Source of the DNA: Bacillota bacterium
GTDB lineage: Bacteria > Bacillota > Clostridia > Lachnospirales > Lachnospiraceae
Direction of reading: 5' to 3'
Length of the DNA: 64,000 bases
Assembly: GCA_023392995.1 (NCBI GenBank)
Contig: JAEWMZ010000249.1
Span: 5,199 to 69,198, forward strand
The translations under genes and the position numbers were made by a program. Positions 57,541 through 64,000 of this stretch are shown piece by piece (position 1 is the stretch's first letter; each line of letters begins with the position of its first letter). Below the pieces are notes generated by a model. That model was not told the origin of the DNA, did no database searches, and saw only the letters and a list, made by a program, of their open reading frames with translations.

Positions 57541-58938
57541 ATGTCAAAAAAAACACTTGGAAAAGACAAATTTGGAGTTCAGAAAGTAATGCGTATCGGT
57601 GATTACTTTGGTGATTCATTAGGCCAGTTTGCACTCAACGCAATGTCAGGTCTGATAGGACAGCTGACATATTTTTATACAGATAAGATAGGTATGGCGG
57701 CAGGTGCAATTGCAACTCTTTTCTTTATCTGCAAGGTCATTGATGCATTTACAGATGTAATTATGGGAAATATCGTAGACCATACAGCACCTGGTAAGGA
57801 GAAATACAGACCTTGGCTTCTTAAGATGGCTATCCCTGCCGCGATTATTATTGTTATGCTATTTACAATACCGACCAGTTTTTCGGATACTGGAAAACTG
57901 ATCTATATGGCCGTGACAAACTTATTGCTAACAGCTGTTGTATATACAGCGATTGCAATTCCTTTCACATCTCTTATGGTTGTTAGAACGAACAGCCAGG
58001 AAGAGAGAGGAGTGATGGGTATCTGGCGTGCAGCTGCTGGATATGTATCAGGTATGGTTATTGCGATTGCGATAATACCTATCACAAATGCATTAGGTGG
58101 AAACCAGGCTGCATGGATTAAGTTTAGTGTGGGAGTTGCGTTTATAGTATTATTAGCATTTCTTATTTGCTATACAAAGGCAAAGGAGCGTGCAGTAGAA
58201 ACAGGAGCGGAGGAGCTAGAGACTGCGGATGTTATTGAGGAAGTGGCGGTTCCATTCTGGCGTGCTATTTCAAACCTTTTTCACAATAAATACTGGGTTA
58301 TTATTCTGGTTATGGGCGTTATGACAAACCTTTCTTATGGTATCAGTGGTGCGTCTGGCATATATTACTGTAAGTGGATTTATGGTGATGATAATCTCAT
58401 CGCAATTCTTGGCGCAATTGGACTTATTCCTACATTGCTTGGATTTATTCTTGTTGGCCCGATGATTAAGAAACTTGGTGTTACCAAGACACTTAAGGTG
58501 TCCATTTTCATTGGTATGGTTACAACGGCCCTTCGTATATTTAATCCAGTAAACTTTGTGTTTAACACAGTTATGGGCTGTTTTGCATCCTTTGCAAACA
58601 TTCCGATGATGTGCCTTGGCGGTGTGTTGACAGCAATGGCAGTCGACTACAATGAATATAAGTATGGAAAAAGAATGGTTGCAACAAGTCAGGCAGCAAG
58701 TGGTTTTGGTGGTAAGATCGGCTCTGGCGTCGGAGCATCAATCGTTGGGTGGAGCCTTGCAATTGCAAATTATAATGGATTTGCTGAGGTAGCTACTCCG
58801 GCAGTAAGGCAGGCAATCTTCGCAATTGGAATTTATATTCCACTTGTGCTCTTTATTGTTATGTTTATACTCCTATTAAAATTTGACCTAGAAGCAAAAC
58901 TTCCAGCTATGAAGGAAGAAATCGCTGCTAGAAAGTAA
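57541..58938 (+). CDS. GPH-family MFS glycoside:cation symporter
   Basis: AAGGAG RBS; YFYTD, IDAFTD...VD, YRPW, VDYNEYKYG. Confidence 0.9.
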   Translation: MSKKTLGKDKFGVQKVMRIGDYFGDSLGQFALNAMSGLIGQLTYFYTDKIGMAAGAIATLFFICKVIDAFTDVIMGNIVDHTAPGKEKYRPWLLKMAIPAAIIIVMLFTIPTSFSDTGKLIYMAVTNLLLTAVVYTAIAIPFTSLMVVRTNSQEERGVMGIWRAAAGYVSGMVIAIAIIPITNALGGNQAAWIKFSVGVAFIVLLAFLICYTKAKERAVETGAEELETADVIEEVAVPFWRAISNLFHNKYWVIILVMGVMTNLSYGISGASGIYYCKWIYGDDNLIAILGAIGLIPTLLGFILVGPMIKKLGVTKTLKVSIFIGMVTTALRIFNPVNFVFNTVMGCFASFANIPMMCLGGVLTAMAVDYNEYKYGKRMVATSQAASGFGGKIGSGVGASIVGWSLAIANYNGFAEVATPAVRQAIFAIGIYIPLVLFIVMFILLLKFDLEAKLPAMKEEIAARK

Positions 58939-59003
58939 TGAATGTATAGGGGGTCAATGTTTGATGACCTCCTTTTGCGCATATTTGAAGGTGAGAATGC
59001 TGT

Positions 59004-59132
59004 ATGAAGACACAGGTTACAAATCCGTATTTGCCACTTGATGTATGTGTGCCAGATGGAGAACCACATGTATTTGGGCATCGCCTATATGTTTTTGGTT
59101 CTCATGACGAAGAAGGGGAAATATTAGTTTAA
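59004..59132 (+). pseudogene. N-terminal remnant of a GH43 xylosidase/arabinofuranosidase-type gene
   Basis: MKTQVTNPYLPLDVCVPDGEPHVFGHRLYVFGSHDEEG followed by a stop after 42 aa. Confidence 0.85.
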
Positions 59133-59175
59133 TTAATATAGATTTCGTAATAGATTGACGATTAGGAGGACAAGA

Positions 59176-61602
59176 ATGGAACAATACGAAAATGAACACC
59201 TGGCACTTGTGCTTGAGAATGCAGCAGAGTGTACCGTGCTACTCAAAACAAATGGTAAGTTTCCAATAGAAAAAGCTGGCAAAATTGCTGCTTTTGGGTC
59301 GGGAATGCGATACACCATAAAAGGGGGAACAGGTTCTGGAGAGGTTAACTCCAGGGTTACATATACAATCGAGCAAGGACTTGAGAATGCTGGCTTTGAA
59401 ATTACTTCTAAGAATTGGCTCGATGAATATGATATGGTACGAGTACTTGCAAAGAAGGCTTTCATAAAACAACTGAAAGCTGAAATCAAGAAAAAACATG
59501 AGAATCCTTTTTTGTATGCTATGGGTAAAAATATGAAAGAACCTTACCATGAGCTTAAGCTTGAGGGTGAGGGAAATACAGCAATTTACGTTGTAAGTCG
59601 TATTTCAGGCGAAGGAAGTGACAGAGAAGTAGTCGAGGGCGAAGTAAAACTTGCCAAGGCAGAGATCCGCGACATTCTTGCGTTAAACAAAAAATATGAA
59701 CGATTTATGATTGTTTTGAATGTGGGCGGAGTAGTTGATTTGACTCCTGTTATGGAAGTAGAGAATATTCTTTTACTTTCACAGCTTGGTGTGGACAATG
59801 GAAAAGTACTTGCAGACATCCTTACAGGTAAACAGAACCCTTCTGGAAAGCTTACTACTACGTGGACATCCTGGGAGAATTACAGCAAAGAAGGAAGTTT
59901 TGGAGAGTGGGATGAAACCAGATATAATGAGGGCATTTATGTGGGGTATCGTTATTTTGATACCTTTAAAAAGTCAGCCTTATTTCCATTTGGATATGGA
60001 CTATCTTATACAAAATTTGAGCTTACTACGGTTGCTGTTAATGCGATTGCTAATGAAATTACGGTCAAAGTTAAGGTTAAGAATACAGGTGCTGCGGCTG
60101 GTAAGGAAGTGGTTCAGGTTTATGTTTCTATGCCAAATGGAAAACTTGATAAGCCATATCAGGATCTTGTTGGTTACGCAAAGACTTCCCTACTTACCCC
60201 AGGGCTGGAAGAAGAGCTTAAGATTACTTTTAATCTCTCTGCTTATGCTTCCTATGACGAGGAGATTGCAGGCTATCTATTAGAAGCAGGAAATTATATC
60301 GTACGAGTTGGAAATAGTTCTGTTTCAACTTCTGTTGCAGCAGTTCTTTCTCTGGATGAGACAATCTTGACTCTTAAGACAAGAAATTGTCTTGGAAAGC
60401 CTGATTTCTCTGACATCAAATCACAGAATTTAGAGTTAGAAGATATTCCTGAAAAAGCAGTTCATATTTCCCTTTTTGCAGCTGATATCATACGTGAAGA
60501 AGTAATCTATGAGGGAACGTATGAAATTGATGAGAGAGTAAAGGCTCTTTCTGATGAAGAATTGATTTATCTTGGAATTGGAAATTTTAATCCAAAGGGT
60601 GGCGCATTAAGCGTTATTGGAAATGCAGCAATGCATGTTGCTGGCGCAGCAGGCGAGACAACATCAGTGCTTAAGGATAAGGGAATTAAGCCTTTAATTA
60701 TGGCGGACGGCCCTGCTGGTCTTCGTGTTTCAAAATTATATTATGAAGATGAAACTGGTGCACATGATGCTAGCGGAGCGGGAATGATTCCGGAAAGCGT
60801 GCTTGAATTTATGAATCCATTCGTAAGATTTATTGCAAAGAAGATTGCTGGATCAAAAAAGATTCCAAAGGATGCAGTAATTAAAGAACATGCTGCTACA
60901 ATGATTCCAATAGGAACTGCTATCGCACAAAGCTTCAATTATGAGCTTGCGAAATCCTATGGGGATATGGTGGGCAGTGAAATGAAAATGATGGGCATAA
61001 ATCTTTGGCTTGCTCCAGCATTGAACATTCACAGAAGTATTTTATGCGGTCGAAATTTTGAATACTATTCGGAGGATCCACTGGTATCAGGGTTAACTGC
61101 GGCTGCTATAACAGAAGGTGTGCAGATACATGATGGCTGTGGAACAACCATTAAGCATTACGCAGCTAATAATACAGAGACCAATCGTTTTTGCAATAAT
61201 AGTCAGGTTAGTGAACGTGCTTTGCGAGAGATTTACCTCCGCGGATTCGAAGTGTGCATAAAGAAAGCACAGCCCCATGCAGTAATGACGAGCTACAATT
61301 TATTAAATGGAACTCATACATCGGAGCATAAAGGTCTTATTGAGGATATGCTTCGAAGAGAATTTGGCTTTAAGGGTATCGTTATGACAGACTGGGTAAT
61401 TGATATGATGGCAGACAAGAAATCGGCATATAGAAGCGCGTTGTCAAATGAAGCGGCTAAGGCTGGTGGAGACATTTTCATGCCAGGTGGTAAAGGCGAT
61501 TATAATCATGTGTTACAGGCTCTTAAGGATGGAAGCCTCACACGTGAACAATTGGAGATTAATGGGACAAGGGTGCTTCATATGATTGATAAACTGGCAT
61601 AA
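59176..61602 (+). CDS. GH3 beta-glucosidase with reversed domain order (sandwich + Fn3 first, barrel last)
   Basis: VLLK, GGTGSG, SGEGSDR, FPFGYGLSY come before DGPAG, GRNFEYYSEDP, KHY, VMTDW. Confidence 0.92.
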   Translation: MEQYENEHLALVLENAAECTVLLKTNGKFPIEKAGKIAAFGSGMRYTIKGGTGSGEVNSRVTYTIEQGLENAGFEITSKNWLDEYDMVRVLAKKAFIKQLKAEIKKKHENPFLYAMGKNMKEPYHELKLEGEGNTAIYVVSRISGEGSDREVVEGEVKLAKAEIRDILALNKKYERFMIVLNVGGVVDLTPVMEVENILLLSQLGVDNGKVLADILTGKQNPSGKLTTTWTSWENYSKEGSFGEWDETRYNEGIYVGYRYFDTFKKSALFPFGYGLSYTKFELTTVAVNAIANEITVKVKVKNTGAAAGKEVVQVYVSMPNGKLDKPYQDLVGYAKTSLLTPGLEEELKITFNLSAYASYDEEIAGYLLEAGNYIVRVGNSSVSTSVAAVLSLDETILTLKTRNCLGKPDFSDIKSQNLELEDIPEKAVHISLFAADIIREEVIYEGTYEIDERVKALSDEELIYLGIGNFNPKGGALSVIGNAAMHVAGAAGETTSVLKDKGIKPLIMADGPAGLRVSKLYYEDETGAHDASGAGMIPESVLEFMNPFVRFIAKKIAGSKKIPKDAVIKEHAATMIPIGTAIAQSFNYELAKSYGDMVGSEMKMMGINLWLAPALNIHRSILCGRNFEYYSEDPLVSGLTAAAITEGVQIHDGCGTTIKHYAANNTETNRFCNNSQVSERALREIYLRGFEVCIKKAQPHAVMTSYNLLNGTHTSEHKGLIEDMLRREFGFKGIVMTDWVIDMMADKKSAYRSALSNEAAKAGGDIFMPGGKGDYNHVLQALKDGSLTREQLEINGTRVLHMIDKLA

Positions 61603-61631
61603 ACAAAAGGTCTTAATAAATATTATTCTAT

Positions 61632-61720
61632 CAGATAGTTCCAGCAATGTTAGATGGACCAATGACTAATTTGCTTATCAGATGACGATGGCGGAACTCG
61701 TTGGAATAGCACCTGAAGCA
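61632..61720 (+). pseudogene. Frameshifted remnant of a GH78-type C-terminal tail
   Basis: QIVPAMLDGPMTN/AYQMTMAELVGIAPEA aligns with QFAPGTTTNPMIKFAYGQTIAELTAMMPAG of 30451. Confidence 0.6.
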
Positions 61721-61778
61721 AAAAAGGATCTGAAAAAGATGAAAGAGTAAATCTGGAAATGTTCGCAAAAATAGAAAG

Positions 61779-62968
61779 TTACTTTTTTACCCCGCGGCGG
61801 TACTGCAGCGGGGTCATTTTATATTGGTTTTTAAAGCTGTTCTGAAAATGGCTCTGACTGGAAAAGCATAAATAGGAGCTAATCTCGGAAATACTTTTGT
61901 CGGAATAAGCAATAATTCACGCCCCTCCTCAAGCTTACATCTTTTAATAAAGGCTGAAATATCAAAGTCCAGTTCCTTTTTAAAAAGCGTAGATAGATAT
62001 CCTCTGGAAAGGTTTACATGTTTCGCTATATCGGAAACCGTAATATGCTGGTTTGTATTATGTTGAATGAATTTGATTGCTTTTTGTATAATCGGGTCAC
62101 CATTGGTATTGGCACTATTTTCTGAGACACGATGAGTGAAATCTGCCAGCATTTTTGAACCAAGAGATAGTATTGCTTCTATACTACTCTGATTTTCCAG
62201 CAACTGGATATAGGCATCAGACATATGGAAGGCGAGATCAGAAGGAAGTCCACCACGAATGGCGGCTCTGCAGCATAAAGCAACAGAGACGATCATAATA
62301 TTTTTCTGATTTCGCAGCGGAGAGTTGGCGATGATTCCGCTGTCAATCTTATAGGAAGATGTAAAGAACTGCTTTAGTCCTGGTTCGTCTCCAGCTTCAA
62401 TAAAACCATAAAGTAGATCTTCTATCTGCAACGAGTTATTTTCATAGCTGGATTCTTTATTGATATATTGTAAATTCGTATATTTTTTTTGAACATCATC
62501 CTCAAAAGCAGGTATGGAGGATGCAGTAAGCTCATATGGGATATGGTTTTCCAAGTTAGCAGAGTAGGAAATGAAACTAAGTAGTGCCATAAATTCATTG
62601 TGGTTCATTTGTGGTATCTGATAAAAAAACTGCTGTAGCTGTTCCTGGTCACTTTTTGGTACACTATATTCTTGTCGAATGGAAAAAAGTGCAGAATTGT
62701 CATATTTAACACTTGAAATGGGACCGATAATATAGAATCCATTTTGCTTTTTGTCCTTTATATAGCCATACAATCCACCAAAATCCGTAAGCTGATAGGA
62801 GATAGTGTGATCAGAACTTAAAAAAGTATGGATGTATTTGTCCAAAGGAGCATATGTAATTCCGGAAGCCGGAAGAGAAAAGGCAAGTTTGTTCTTGTAG
62901 TAATAGTAAACAGGAATAAAAGTGAAGCTGTATAAGTAAGTGAGAAATGGTTTGATATGCTCATTCAT
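61779..62968 (-). pseudogene. AraC family regulator (~400-aa type) with a 1-bp frameshift near 61908
   Basis: After ELL the alternative frame reads YSDKSISEISSYLCFSSQSHFQNSFKNQYKMTPLQYRRGVKK*, matching the paralogs' second HTH. Confidence 0.9.
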
Positions 62969-63268
62969 AGATGGATACCCCTCTTTGGAACTGGTAAAAA
63001 TAATATTATAATAATACAATAAATATTACATTAATGCAATATGAAGATCAAAGACGCATTTAGTATAATGCAATACAGCCCATGGCAATTGGATACATTA
63101 TAAATTTAAAATGAAGAGAAAGATAAGTATGTTGTTTCATACCTAGAAGCATCATAAAAGATAATTCATTCGTTATCGGCCAGACTTGTTATTATCAATG
63201 GTTCTTTAATGCGTGCAAATAGAAAACGGTCACCTTAGATAATTATATTACAAAAATGAAATATAATG

Positions 63269-63308
63269 AACAAATATGCAATATGAAAAATGGCGATTTA
63301 CGTAGAAT
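63269..63308 (+). promoter_or_regulatory. Putative AraC-activated promoter
   Basis: AACAAATATGCAATA (ends 63283), 19 bp, then TAGAAT (63303-63308). Confidence 0.55.
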
Positions 63309-63343
63309 AATAACGTACTAGTGAGAAAGTGAGGAGAGAGAAA

Positions 63344-64000
63344 ATGAACAAGAAAGTAAAAGGATCAACTTGGAAGCATGATTTTAAAATGAATAAATCA
63401 TTATATTTTCTGATGATTCCAATTGTATTATATTTTCTGATATTCAATTATGCTCCAATGTTTGGTTTGGTCATAGCATTTGAAAATTTTAAACCAGCAA
63501 GGGGTATATTTGGAAGTCTGTTTGTGGGCTTTGATAATTTTATTGCATTTTTTACAAGACCCAATTTTGGAGCAATTATAAGAAATACGGTTGTAATTAA
63601 TGCACTTGGACTGGTAATTGGATTTCCAATGACAATCATTTTTGCATTACTGTTAAATGAAATTTATTTGAAAAATTTTAAGAAGACACTGCAGACAATC
63701 AGTTATATGCCGTATTTCGTTTCTATGGTTGTTATGTGTGGTCTGATTATCGAATTCTGCTCTAGCAATGGTGTCATTACCAATATCTTAGTATCAGTAT
63801 TTCATATTTCACGTGAGAATCTATTACAGAACCCAAAGTATTTCTGGGGAATTAATCTTGTTTCAGATTTATGGCAGGGGTTAGGATATGGATCCATTAT
63901 TTTTATATCAGCAATCACATCCGTATCGCAGGAATTACATGAAGCAGCAGCAATTGATGGAGCAGGTAGATTCAAACGATGTATTCATGTAACAATACCA
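63344..64000 (+). CDS. Carbohydrate ABC permease, 3'-truncated by the window edge; paralog of 45548
   Basis: GAGGAG RBS; MNKKVKGSTWKHDFKMN...QTISYMPYFVS...HEAAAIDGA. Confidence 0.92.
   Translation, partial: MNKKVKGSTWKHDFKMNKSLYFLMIPIVLYFLIFNYAPMFGLVIAFENFKPARGIFGSLFVGFDNFIAFFTRPNFGAIIRNTVVINALGLVIGFPMTIIFALLLNEIYLKNFKKTLQTISYMPYFVSMVVMCGLIIEFCSSNGVITNILVSVFHISRENLLQNPKYFWGINLVSDLWQGLGYGSIIFISAITSVSQELHEAAAIDGAGRFKRCIHVTIP

Noticed and set aside
61789..61814. GC-rich hairpin as a terminator
   Set aside because: It encodes TPLQYRRG of the frameshifted AraC C-terminus; a dual role cannot be shown
805..63019. Longer ORF-track starts (805, 2145, 25103, 38003, 47654, 54077, 57520, 59155, 63019)
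   Set aside because: Downstream ATGs have clear RBSs and match family N-termini
564..63639. Numerous 60-210 aa ORFs antisense to or overlapping the main genes (e.g. 3254-3820, 8588-9229, 36092-36616)
   Set aside because: Shadows of well-supported genes; no RBS or recognisable motifs
15000..64000. Integrative or transposable element as carrier of the glycoside region
   Set aside because: No integrase, transposase, tRNA target or terminal repeats in the window; the right boundary is outside it

Overview
Low-GC Firmicute chromosome segment; gene content and RBS style suggest Clostridia, probably Lachnospiraceae-like (inference). 1-15 kb is mostly housekeeping: butyrate kinase (partial), a flavodoxin-like protein, thiolase plus a two-subunit CoA-transferase, an MCP, a rhodanese, a methyltransferase, a P2A ATPase behind a yybP-ykoY riboswitch, AraC/GH30 and purine nucleoside phosphorylase. 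From about 15.3 kb to the window end is a large, heavily remodelled glycoside-catabolism region: 3 GH78, 3 GH3, GH43, GH35-like and GH53-like enzymes, 2 esterases, 2 GPH-type MFS transporters, ABC uptake genes, 5 AraC (4 close paralogs, 1 of them frameshifted), 2 TetR, a two-component system and 2 extended SDRs. Highlights: (i) a Gfo/Idh/MocA oxidoreductase fused to two VOC domains; (ii) a shared DUF1858-like C-terminal tail on three unrelated hydrolases; (iii) a conserved motif nACAnnnWTRCAATA lying 19 bp before a -10 box at five promoters, a likely AraC regulon; (iv) two gene cassettes bracketed by long direct repeats; (v) many unannotated gene relics, including a head-to-tail collapsed gene. 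No rRNA, tRNA, CRISPR array, integrase or transposase was seen. All assignments come from motif recognition by eye; no searches were run.
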